Assembly: GCA_964016885.1 (NCBI GenBank)
Contig: OZ024751.1
Span: 32,054,001 to 32,118,000, forward strand
DNA length: 64,000 bases
Direction of reading: 5' to 3'
DNA from: Eledone cirrhosa
Lineage: Eukaryota
The position numbers and the translations under genes were made by a program. The notes under the pieces were generated by a model. It was not told where the DNA came from, made no database searches, and saw nothing but the letters and a program-made list of their open reading frames with translations. Shown here in pieces: positions 52,551-64,000 of the stretch (position 1 is the first letter of the stretch; every line of letters begins with the position of its first letter).

Positions 52551-53339
52551 CAAAGTTTGTTTTATAAATATTGAGATCTTAACGGTTCAAGTTTTTCCTG
52601 GATAGTAAAAGGAAGAGGGGAAAGAGTGGAAAAGTCAAATATTTCAAATTATTAAGATGAATGTGCAAATGAGGTTGAGGTATAGGGTTGAAAAAAACGT
52701 TATTTTTAGACGCTAGGTAGATTTAAATAATTATTAGGATATATATATATGTATGTGTAAGAAGAAGAAAGAGAAAGAAAGAAAAGCTTGTATTTACGTG
52801 AATTTAAAAATAATTAATAGTTTGTAGGAATGGTTGAATAAGATTCAGAATTAAAAAAAAAAATTTAGCTATATTATGAGTTATAATATAAATATAATCA
52901 ATTATATTATATGAAGAATTATGGTTGTAAGTACATTTTATCTTATATTGCAACAGGTTGTAAATATATAAATATCTATATAGATTAATAAGTTTGCAAG
53001 TATAATTGTTATTGCAAACGTTTCTCCCTTTTAAGATATCAAGGAATCCTTGATATACACACAGACATAAACTTAAACACACACACACACAAACTTAGCT
53101 TGTTATTTTGCCCTCGGTCAACCCCAATCAAGCAGGCCCATAATGATGAAATAAGTTCTAATATTGACCATATCGTCTTTATAGGAACAGCTAGGACATT
53201 TTCTACCGCGTTTATATCAAGGTTTTAAGGCAGATGTGACTTGAGGGGGATTTGACTGCTAATTTTAACTGTTCGAGAACCTACTTAATGACTTCGTTCT
53301 TAGAAAACTTACGTACGAGCTTTAGTTCAAATACACGGC

Positions 53340-53379
<40 letters not shown>

Positions 53380-53524
53380 CTTGATTAATAAGTCTGATGA
53401 GCAGATTAGGGTTGGAGTCGGGTCTAAGAGACAAATAATGATCTTGAGCTAGCCATCCTTGAAACGTTTGTAACTGGCCCTAATCACTAGCATTTTCCCA
53501 AGTATTATAGATATCGTACAAATT

Positions 53525-53655
53525 TAATAATTGTTTCTACTTTTGGCACGATGAAAGGCAAAGTTAACCTCGGTGGGATTTGAACTCAGACCATAAAGGG
53601 CCATAACTCATTGCTGCAAAGCATGGTATCAGACCCTCTACCGATACTGCCAATA
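53525..53655 (-). mobile_element. SINE family 1 with internal deletion
   Basis: cttttggcac|gatgaaaggcaaagttaacctcgg...taccgatactgccaat. Confidence 0.8.
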
Positions 53656-53961
53656 ATAAATATTGTTTGTGGGTTACAGTTTTACCAGATTATTCACTGG
53701 TTCTGTAGCCAGTATTAACGGAATAAATATTTTCACACACAGTGCACACATACACTCACACAAACACACATACACATACATATCTTTATGATTTATGTTG
53801 TAAAATGTCATTGTGATATTAATTGATTTAATATCAGAAATGGCACATATCACACACACACATGTATATATATATATATTATAAATATTTGCTCTATAGT
53901 TTTATATATTTTTATATATATATTACTTGTCGAGCCCTCTTCGGATTTTAGTCTTCACATT

Positions 53962-54005
<44 letters not shown>

Positions 54006-54292
54006 AGAGAGAGAGAGAGAGAGAAAGAGATAAACTGCAAATTACAAGACATAAAAATGTCTTGGAGATTGACACAGCTGAGAAGTAATAAAAGTAATAG
54101 TAAGAGGAGGAGATAAAGTAGCGATACTTAAGAGTTGACTTGTTGACTTGTTGAAGGATGCCAGTTGGACAGGTGATTGAGTACATATCAATCCAGATCA
54201 ATCCAGTTACAACGAGCCCCCCCCCCCCATCGCAGGTATTTCCCCAGATATATTGTACTTTCAATGTTGCTTTGGATACAAAGAAATTTGGA

Positions 54293-54352
<60 letters not shown>

Positions 54353-54377
54353 CACCACCACCACCACCACCACCACC

Positions 54378-54432
<55 letters not shown>

Positions 54433-55078
54433 TTACTACTATGCTAATATAGGTTTTCCCATTTGAAGGAGTTATATATATACATATATACATATATATA
54501 AATATATATATATGCATGTATATATATTATAAAAAGTCGTGGCCTAAGCTCTTGCAGTTTCAACAGCTAGTTCTGGACTCCGTATGTATATATAATATAC
54601 ACTTTCAACTATTACTCCGTACACACAAAAAAAAAACATAATAGATCATTTTTACGTTTTACAGACGTTATTGCGTCCTCGTTAAGTACATCAATGATTC
54701 GGTGTAGAGAAGAATATTACTATAACAACGCTATATATATGTCACACAGAATATAGAAAATACATGAAATGGCCAGTCTACTTTATACTTCACACTTCTT
54801 TTTACAAAGAACGGCTTCTAAAACAGAGAGAGAGAGGGGGGGGGGGGGGTAAACCGATAGTTCAAGTTGATTGATATATAAACAAACAGGCATTTATATA
54901 TATACTCACACACACACTTATATGTACATATATACATACACACATACATGACTAGTTAGATAAATTGGTAGTTAACTACATACATAAACCAATAAATCAA
55001 ATTAGTTGATATATAAACACACACACACACATACACACACATACACACACATATATATATATACATATATATATATAC

Positions 55079-55115
<37 letters not shown>

Positions 55116-55160
55116 GTGACGAAACATAAGTCAATTGCATGAACTCATAATCCTTTATTT

Positions 55161-55216
55161 ACTGCTATATATATTTCGATGATAGCCATTGAATGGCTAT
55201 GACCTCATCAGGCAGT
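55161..55216 (-). ncRNA. Minimal type-I hammerhead ribozyme, fully canonical core
   Basis: actgc-CTGATGA-ggtcatagccat tca atggctatcatc-GAAA-TATATA-TA-gcagt, then AATAAA. Confidence 0.85.
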
Positions 55217-55291
55217 TAGTCAGTTCTTAGATATGCCAGCTCTGTGTGTATAGTGTTGATGGTATCAGAGCCTTGGGACATATATATATAT

Positions 55292-55697
55292 ATATATTGA
55301 AAGGATAACAAGGACGATTGGTTACTCCTTCATTACATTTATTGGTAGGTGGCGCGCGTTTCGCCACTGATCAGCTCAAGGTTCGATCAGTATCGATCTT
55401 ACCCGACTCTATAATCGGCAGCTTGACGGCCCCTTTAAAATAGTAGTAGAAAAATTTAAAGGGTCCGTCGAGCTGCCGATTATAGAGTCGGGTAAGATCG
55501 TTACATATCGAACCTTGAGCTGATCAGTGGCGAACGCGCGTCACCTACCAATAAATGTAATGAAGGAGTAACCAATTGTCCTTGTTATCCTTTCAATATA
55601 TTACACTCTGTATAGCTCTACACCTCAACACAGAAGTGAACCTAAACATCGAGTGCTCTCCCGGGTGAACCTGCAGTAACTCCAAGTTACACTCCCT

Positions 55698-55700
<3 letters not shown>
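55292..55700 (+). mobile_element. PLE fold-back (~148-bp arms) + tail
   Basis: Arms 55292-55439/55455-55601 contain GAA(A)-cgcgcg-TC-acctacc-AATAAA. Tail at 55602-55700; (TA)n flanks. Confidence 0.8.
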
Positions 55701-55756
<56 letters not shown>

Positions 55757-56494
55757 CTTGTAGATAATAAGATAGATAGGAAGGAAGGTTATGAAGGAGC
55801 AGATGTATGGGTTATCTTGGATGGGAAATAGCGTTGGTTATATTCAATCAAACTGAGTTCAAGTGATGATTGAAAATATAATAGTCTTACCCTCCTTAAC
55901 ACTAACGCCACCATCACAATTACCACTACCACCTATACCACCATCGTTAATACCACTGCCACCGATATCACCATCGTTGCTACCACTACCACCGATATCA
56001 CCATCGTATCTAGCACTACCACCGATACCATCATCGTTACTACCTCTGCCACCAACACCACCACCATCACAACTACCACTACCACCCCTACCACCATCTT
56101 TCCTACCACTGTCACCGTTATCACCATCACAACTATCACCGCCACCGACAGCACCAGCACAAGTATCACCATCGCCATCACCACCATCACAAATACCATG
56201 ACCATCACTACCATCACCAACGCCACCATTACTACCGTCATCAACACCACTATGACAACTACTACCACCAATACCACCACAAACTACTACCACGACGACG
56301 ACGACGAACACTATCACAACTACCACCAGCACAGTTACCAACATCTACACCACAACAACCCCACCCCCAATCAACTACAGCTCCCTATTTTAAGTAAACT
56401 CTTTAAAACCCGTTGACAATACGATGACAGCAGAAGCCAAGCAAATAAAGTGTAAAAATTCCTTCCTTTTTGACCCTACTAGGCAAAACAGCTG

Positions 56495-56708
56495 TCTCTC
56501 TTCTCCCTACCGACACCATGTCCTGGAAAGACCCCTTTCTCTCTTCTCCCTAACGACACCATGTCCTGGAAAGACCCCTTTCTCTCTTCTCCCTACCGAC
56601 ACCATGTCCTGGAAGGACCCCCTTCTCTCTTCTCCTTACCGACACCATGTCCTGGAAAGACCCCCTTCTCCCTTCTCCTTACTGACACTATGTCGTGGAA
56701 AGGTCCCT
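56495..56708. repeat. 43-bp minisatellite x5
   Basis: gacac(c/t)atgtc recurs at 56512, 56555, 56598, 56641 and 56684. Confidence 0.92.
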
Positions 56709-57220
56709 CACTACGGTTGTAATCCTAACAAGACACTCAATCCAGATGAGTGACAAACTTATTTGTCGCTCATCTCTTCTCAACCATAATTATTTCACTT
56801 GTTTACATACAAAATTCCAACGATAAATAAAAGTAGAAAGATGTCAGTATATTCTCCACCTCTTTGTCATCCTCCCTCTCTCATTCTCTTTCTAGGTCTC
56901 TCACTTTCTCTCCCTCTCTCTGTCATATATATATATATATATATATCTATACACGAAATGTTGAGATCTTTCTTCTGCTTGCTCCTGTTTTTACCAAATA
57001 ATCTCTTCGGTACAAATATATATATATATATACTGTGCCGTTTGCTTAGTTATTTCTGTTTACTTTTTACATATATTTATAAACATATATATATAATTCA
57101 GTATATATATATATGTGTTGCCTAAAGATTCACGCAGACTCAGCTTTAATAAATAACATTTATTCACTCTACCTAACAACATTAAGTACCTGTTTCATTT
57201 AAATGCAATTGACACCCCCA

Positions 57221-57290
<70 letters not shown>

Positions 57291-57369
57291 CGAAGAGATT
57301 GTAAAAACAGGAGCAAGCAGAAGAAAGCTCTCAACATTTCGTAATTTGCAGTTACGATGGAGATTCAGT

Positions 57370-57560
57370 ATAATAATTGTTTCTACTTTTGGCACAAGGT
57401 CAGCAATTATCCCAGTGTATTACTGGTACTTTATTTTATCGTTCCCGTAATGATGAAAGGCAAAGTTAACCTCGGGGGGATTTGAACTCAGATCATACAG
57501 GGAGGTAACTCTATGCTTCAAAGCATGGCGTCCGACCCTCTACCGATACTGCCAATCCAC
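57370..57560 (-). mobile_element. SINE family 1, full-length
   Basis: Matches 33200-33390. Confidence 0.86.
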
Positions 57561-59262
57561 CTTTTCAGTATAATAATAACATTAAGAAAGATGCTGATGT
57601 TACACAAATCGTTTATTCATTACAATTATTTCAACGGTTCTCCCATGCAATCAAGATGTAATTCATGCATTTATTTTAGTCACAATATTCTGGTCGTTGT
57701 AAGCCTTCCACCATATATATAAATATATATACATGTACAGAATCTATATATTCATTCAGGGTGATAATATCAAACCGAGGGTAAGAAATATATAGCTGAA
57801 TAAAGTAAAGAAAATCTGGTAATCTGGCATATCAGTGACAACGCCATTACATCACTTGTCCTTACATCAATATTTAACCTTTTGAATTTTAGTGAGGTTG
57901 ATATAGGTACTTGGAAACTGTTCGGTGTTATTGGAAATTTGAAGAACATCAATAAGTATGTAGTTAGATTATACTTTCCTTGCAAGGAAGGAGGGTGGGC
58001 GTGACCTTAAATCTGTATTAACATCACATAGGATACGGGTTGTAACATTGAAACAACATCTCCAGCAGAGAAAAAGAAATCTCAGCAAATATCTCGCTTA
58101 AGTTTACGAGCATGAAAATATAAACATCATTAGAAGAGCTAATGAGCCCGACCAGATAAATGAAATAAAAATTGGCACTAATCTCTCTCCAAGGAATAGA
58201 AGAAAATTCGACTTAACACAAACAACAACAACAACAACAAAATCGACGAGTTTAGTGAGAAGGTTTTACATGGGTACTTGACACGGAAAACACAAACCAT
58301 ACACTGAACGCCTGGCATTCCAATATCGACAAGTTTATAACATTTCACCTTGATGGTTGTTGTAGTTGTTGTTACGGCTCACACAGGTTTAGCGGGCCTT
58401 CTATGAAGTTGCATTTCATAGGAGGTTTCTAAGATGTTTTAATGATAAGGGCACCCACTCATACCATGTTACCATTATTTTCGGTGACAGAAGGCTGGAT
58501 TTGAGTACACGAAACCAGAACATATATCAAAAGGTATCCCGTCCTATGTCAGTCAGATGGACTGTACTTGTAATTCAAAAGTCTAGCATTTTCCATTTGG
58601 CAATAAAACAGTATTCTGTGCTGGAAGGTGGAAGTCAGCCGCTCACACGAGGCTAATGTGGCAAGAAAAATACAGTAGAAAGAAAATATTTACGGACAAA
58701 TGATGAAGAAACTTCTAATCCAGTACTCGAAACACAGTTTTAGTTTTATACACCCATTATTATCGGAGTGAAATAATATGTACCAAACTGTCTGAATTCA
58801 GGGTTGGGTTAACCATTAAAAACATACTTACATAAAGACATACTTAGAGTAGACATCAAGGGAAGTGGAGTATAATTTTATTCAAACTGAATGTATTTGC
58901 CATTAAAAAAAGTATATTTTTTGCCGAATTTATAAATAGAGCTTAGGGCCTGTAAAGTGCTTAATCCAGCTCAGATTGCATTCGGGTGTGGCTAAATTTG
59001 GATTCTTGGTGGAAAACCGAAGCTCTTTAATTAATACGCTATAGATAATTATTATATATGAAACAATTATAGATAATTATATATATAGATAATTATTATA
59101 TATGAAACAATAGAAATCGACAAGAGCTTCTTAAATTGTAACGGATCAATGGTTACAGAAACATCAAGAAAACCCGCTTCCTTTAATACCTTTTCATAAA
59201 ATCGTTACATTAATTGGTGGGCAGTCAAAATAAGTAGTAAAATTCTAGCTAGAAAGAGAAAG

Positions 59263-59297
<35 letters not shown>

Positions 59298-59366
59298 ACG
59301 CACGCGCACACGCACGCACGCACGCACATGTTTATACATGATACACTCATACGTACGCACACACAC

Positions 59367-59545
<179 letters not shown>

Positions 59546-59757
59546 CACACACATTCATATATGCATAGATACATATATCTGTATACACATATACCCGCAG
59601 GCACACATATACAATTATGTTTGTGTATATATACTTTACATTCCTATTTCATTTTTTATGTTTATATAGAGTTGATTGTATTTCACTGTTATATAAATAT
59701 CTTTTTCTTGTTCCAGTGACAGATTATAAATATTATTGTTATTATTATTATTATTAT

Positions 59758-60530
59758 TGTTTGAGTCTCAGTCATTGCTGTTAGTTAACTGGAAAGTTTG
59801 TTGAAATGAATATCAAGCCACTACCTGCAGCCTCAGATATTTAGGACGTATCGGAGGGTTCTTGATGTTCCCAGCAAGCATGCCTTTTGAAGTGTTCCAA
59901 AAAGCGGGGCGGGGCCAATTTTCTTTAACCATCTCTGGAAACTTTTTGAGATAGTACATAGTGCGCCTATGACAATCGGGACCACTTTGACTTCATGGCA
60001 GTTCCAAATCCTTTTTACCCCCCACTTTAAGTCCTGGTATCAGTTAATTTTCTCCCTCTCCTTCTCTTGCACTCTCGTGTCGAATGAGCAGGCCACATCC
60101 ACAATAAGGCACGATCTTTTTTCCTTGTCCAAAACCACCAGGTCAGGCCTATTGTGTTCCAGTTTCTTGTCCGTCTGTATCCTAAAATCCCATAGCACCT
60201 TCACCTGATCGTTTTCTATCACCGACTCTGGCTTATGCTCATACCACTTCTCAGAATCTGGTAAATTGTTTACTTTGCATAGGTGCCAGTGGATCACCCT
60301 GCCCATCACATCACATCTCCAGCCTTTATAGTGAGTCTGGGCTAGGTGTTTACACTCGGATACAATGTGAGCCACAGTCTCCTCTCTCCACAGATCCTAC
60401 ACAGTGGGCTAGCCTCCTCCTTGTAAATATGGTGTTTCACCCACTTCCTTCTAAGGGCCTGCTCTTGCGCAGCCATTAGCATTCCTTCTGTAGCCTTTTT
60501 AAGGTCTCCTCTTTTCAACCAGTTCCATTG
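59758..60530 (-). mobile_element. R4/Dong-like non-LTR retrotransposon 3' fragment (CCHC + restriction-like endonuclease), (TAA)n tail
   Basis: ETVAHIVSECKHLAQTHYK..IHWHLC..KWYEHKPESVIEN..KVLWDFRIQTDKKLEHNRPDLVVLDK..IVDVAC..EK..YQDL..VVPIVIGAL..LQKACLLGT, ending in (TAA)n at 59729-59760. Confidence 0.88.
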
Positions 60531-60658
60531 GCAGTATCGGTAGAGGGTCGGACGCCATACTTTCCAGCATAGTTACGTCCCTTTACGATCTGAGTTCAAA
60601 TCCCGCCGAGGTTGACTTTGCCTTTCATCCTTACGGGGTCGATAAAATAAAGTACCAG
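60527..60658 (+). mobile_element. SINE family 1, 5' portion lacking its own tail
   Basis: attggcagtatcggtagagggtcggacg..gagttcaaatccc..ataaaataaagtaccag. Confidence 0.86.
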
Positions 60659-61368
60659 CCGAGCCTGTCCGAGATGCGCGCATAGCGACGAAACCGTTGT
60701 GCACGCACTCGTTCAGTGCCCGAGCATTTCTGACTTGTGGAGCTATGTCGAACAGTTGCTGTCACGTGTGGGACTGATCCTGTTGTCGACTGAGTCCATT
60801 GTGCAGATGGTCTCGCCGTCTTCCTTTGAGGAGGAAGGGCAGGCGGTTTTCATCTGCCTGGTGGCCACGGCGAAAGAGATTGTGTGGTGGACAAGGTTAA
60901 AAGGATTAAAGACAAACACTTTCCTCTTCGGCGAATCCCTAATTAACTTTTTCAAGTTTCACTTGAAGAGGAAAATCAGGGTGGAGAGGCAAGTGCGGCT
61001 TTCTAGCAAGTTTGTTAAAAGGTGGGTGAATGTAGCGAGAATGGTCCGAGTGAACGGGACCACTCTGAATATACGTCTGTAGTTTGAGAGATGGAAAAAT
61101 TGAGAGAGGGCGCTTGCCCTGGTAGTCAGGGTGGCCGTGGTCTTTTGTGTGGTTTTCGCCACGAGTAACCCTCGGAGGTTTCCCCCTATTGGGGAATTTT
61201 TCATTGTTTCAATTTTCATTTTATTGTTTATATATATATATGTTTTATGTCTTTTTTCTTTTCTTATATAAACAATAAAAATATTTACACGCACAAAACC
61301 CACATCGTACCGTCCTGTTCCGTCTGTGATGTTTTTCTTGATGTCAGCCCTTGTGGCCAATAAAGAAA

Positions 61369-61370
<2 letters not shown>
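60659..61370 (+). mobile_element. Tx1/L1-like LINE 3' fragment (family Z), (ATT)n tail to 61450
   Basis: CPRCAHSDETVVHALVQCPSISDLW..AKEIVWWTR..FVKRW; AATAAA + (ATT)n. Confidence 0.85.
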
Positions 61371-61451
<81 letters not shown>

Positions 61452-61907
61452 TCTCCTGTACAGTCAATCCGTGTTTCCATCTGCTCCGTAAGTTTGTTGC
61501 TTTTTTTTTTATTCGTTTAGTGTTATGTTCTTGTATATTTTTGTTGTGACTTTTTATGTGGATATGGCCGTCAATAGAGTTAAATCGCCATATTATTTTT
61601 TCAGGGTTATTTTAATTAGAAATTGTATTATTTTAAAATCAGAATTTGTAAATAGTGTCGTGTGATTATTATCTGTAGAATATAAGTATGACGTCCGCGA
61701 TTTTTGGAAAATCGATCATATATATAGGTTCCTCGACCAAATAAGGTTGGGAACCGTTATACCTAGAAGATGCCATCACTATTGTTAGTAATAATATTAT
61801 TATTATTGGTATTACTTGGTATTACATATATATCAACAGTTTAGTTCGGCTGTTGTCTAATTAATCTAATAGAAACCAAAACATATTGAGATTATATGAG
61901 TGTTTAT

Positions 61908-61973
<66 letters not shown>

Positions 61974-62320
61974 GTTTGTATGTTGTACATGTATATCTAC
62001 ATATAAATATATGTATGTTTGTAGATATATTGAAATGTAAACACCTCTTCAATGGCAAGCATATAAAAAAACAAAAACAAATTTCATTTTTATTTACATT
62101 CAAACACCAGTCTGACGACAGCGCACTGAATAGCTATTGATGCTTTTGAAATGTTCATAAAGGGATGATGTAAAGAAATATACTGAAGTTGAATGATACA
62201 CTCTCTCTTCTTCTCTCTCTATCTATGATTTTTTCGCTGTCTTTTTCTTCATGATGTACTTTATCTATCTCTCACTCTGTCTCTCTCTCTCACTCACTCT
62301 TTCTCCCCCCTCTCTCACTG

Positions 62321-62380
<60 letters not shown>

Positions 62381-62852
62381 AATCTTACGTTGTAAGCGTG
62401 AATGTTTGATTAGGTTTTTAGGACACTTGTCACTCACTGGTCGACATCTATTCCAGTTTAAAGGATCGGGGCGGGTGGAAGGGGCGTGGAAAAAAGGGGG
62501 AACATTCTGAGCATTAAACTCATCGTTTTAGGGATGGAAAGAATTCTGGTGGTGGTGTGTTGTGGCGGAGAATAGTGCTGGCGAGGATAGTGGTAGTGAG
62601 ATGTCGTGGTGGACGATGGTGAGGGTGAAGAGTGGTGGCGGACGATGGTGGGGATGAAGCGTGGTGGCGGAGGATGGTGGTGGTGATGCTAGTGGAATTA
62701 GTGACATTTGGTGAACATCTGTTTGGAACTGACAAACGTGATAGATAGATGGTTAAAGTGATGGACGTCCAGATAGATGGATTAATAGAAAATATATCGG
62801 TTAGGACAGCTAGAGATATATAGATATATAGATAGATAGATAGTTAGATATA

Positions 62853-63230
62853 TTTCTTTATTAGCCACAAGGGCGCACAAGAAAAGGGGACAATACAAAG
62901 ACATGCCGGGGATTTTACATACAGTCGTGTAAAAAGTATAAAAACAAACAATTACAACAATCGAACTCCCCAATAGGGGGGAGGCGCCACAAATGAGTTG
63001 TTTAATACCCCGTTGATAGAACAACCTTCAACTTCAGGAGCGTGTTGTGCAAGTGCTCCTTTCTTCCCTTTGCTCTCTTCTTCAACCTACAGGCTTATAA
63101 ACAGAGAAGGCCCAATCACTCGGGCCATTTTCGCTTCATTCACCCACCTTTCAGTAAATTTACTGGGGTGCAGTGCCTCTCTCCCCACCCTGATTCTCCT
63201 TCTAAAGTGATACTTAAAGAAGAGAAGAGA
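62853..63230 (-). mobile_element. Tx1-like family X 3' end
   Basis: Reverse complement of ~6200-6567; (TATC)n on both sides. Confidence 0.85.
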
Positions 63231-63261
<31 letters not shown>

Positions 63262-64000
63262 TGTTTCTTTTATTTGCCACCAGGGCATCAAAAGTGGGAC
63301 AAGTACAATGGGGGGAGTTTACAAAACAAGGCATCCTAAATAAAGAGGAGGCAATAACAATATATAAAAATAAAATAAAATATAACAAAAAATAAAATTT
63401 ATAACAAAGTCCTCAATAGAGAGGAGGCGCCTTGGGGGGTCGCACACACCCCCGAAAAAAAGTGTGCAACCCTTCTCCTCAGGAGCACAGAGAAGGGGTG
63501 CTCCCTTGGTCTTTCATCTTCCTCACCTATAGTCTGATGTAGAGTGAAGGCCCATTCACACGGGCCATTCTCGCCACTTTCACCCATCTTTCATAAAAAC
63601 GGCTGGGGTGCAGCACCTCTCTCTCCATCCTGATCCTTCTTCCGAAATGATATCGGAAGAAACGGACCAGTTGTTGGCCAGAGAGAAAGGTGTCTGACCT
63701 CAGTCCTTTCAGACGCGTCCACCATACAACCTCTTTCGCCATGGCTATTACGCACAGAAACACCGGCTCTCCTTCGTTTTTGAAGAGGGGAGGCGGCTTG
63801 ATCGTTACAATAGACTCGGTGGTCAACCGGATCGGTCCCACCCTTGACAGCAGTTGTTCGACATAGCCCCACAGATCGGCAATGCCCGAGAAGTGTACCA
63901 ATGCGTGTGCAACGGTTTCCTCGTCGCACACGCATCTGGGACAGATCTTTTTCGATGGGTCCCTACCCGGGCGCCCGTGTCTGTAGAGCCTTTCTCGAAC
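63262..64000 (-). mobile_element. Tx1-like family Y 3' end (continues beyond window)
   Basis: Reverse complement of ~7700-8395; ORF 63527-63931 CDEETVAHALVHFSG..AKEVVWWTR. Confidence 0.88.

Noticed and set aside
53391-53480. CTGATGA...GAAA-cgtttg-TA as a hammerhead
   Set aside because: Only 3 bp of stem I and no convincing stem II closure. It may be an old relic but is unsupported.
55859-56416. Gly/Asp-rich or Pro-rich ORFs resembling structural proteins
   Set aside because: Degenerate (ACC)n tract with local 30-bp periodicity, open in several frames; similar tracts occur throughout the window.
56495-56708. CRISPR-like regular repeat (also 27782-28185)
   Set aside because: Units are contiguous with no unique spacers, there are no cas genes, and the context is eukaryotic.
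57770-59200. Long non-repetitive stretch as coding exons
   Set aside because: No ORF with recognisable homology and no convincing paired splice sites. An 11-bp hairpin at ~58397-58425 alone is uninformative.

Overview
Eukaryotic, very repeat-rich animal DNA with no intact host ORF. The SINE repertoire and the extreme (TA)n/(CA)n density look like an Octopus/cephalopod genome; this is recognition, not a database result. The window holds decayed non-LTR retrotransposons (RTE, Tx1/L1-like, R4/Dong-like, CR1/L2-like), about 15 tRNA-derived SINEs, an internally deleted mariner, two hAT-like MITEs, minisatellites, one CpG-rich promoter-like island and a few candidate small exons. The main signal is a dense population of Penelope-like element (PLE) remnants sitting in (TA)n tracts. 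One still carries a GIY-YIG endonuclease relic, and about 16 type-I hammerhead ribozyme (HHR) motifs and at least 7 fold-back palindromes can be read by eye. Comparing these otherwise unalignable families shows four shared features: (1) a covarying bulged stem-loop, RCTC-stem-loop-TN-GAGY, in the 3' tail at 12 places; (2) fold-back centres that fall inside HHR stem II; (3) an unpaired C at stem II position 4 in nine HHRs; (4) a family with a fixed CAGAAGA core. A 2.36-kb AT-rich palindrome abuts the main PLE. All structures were paired by hand, nothing was computed or searched, and I cannot confirm novelty.
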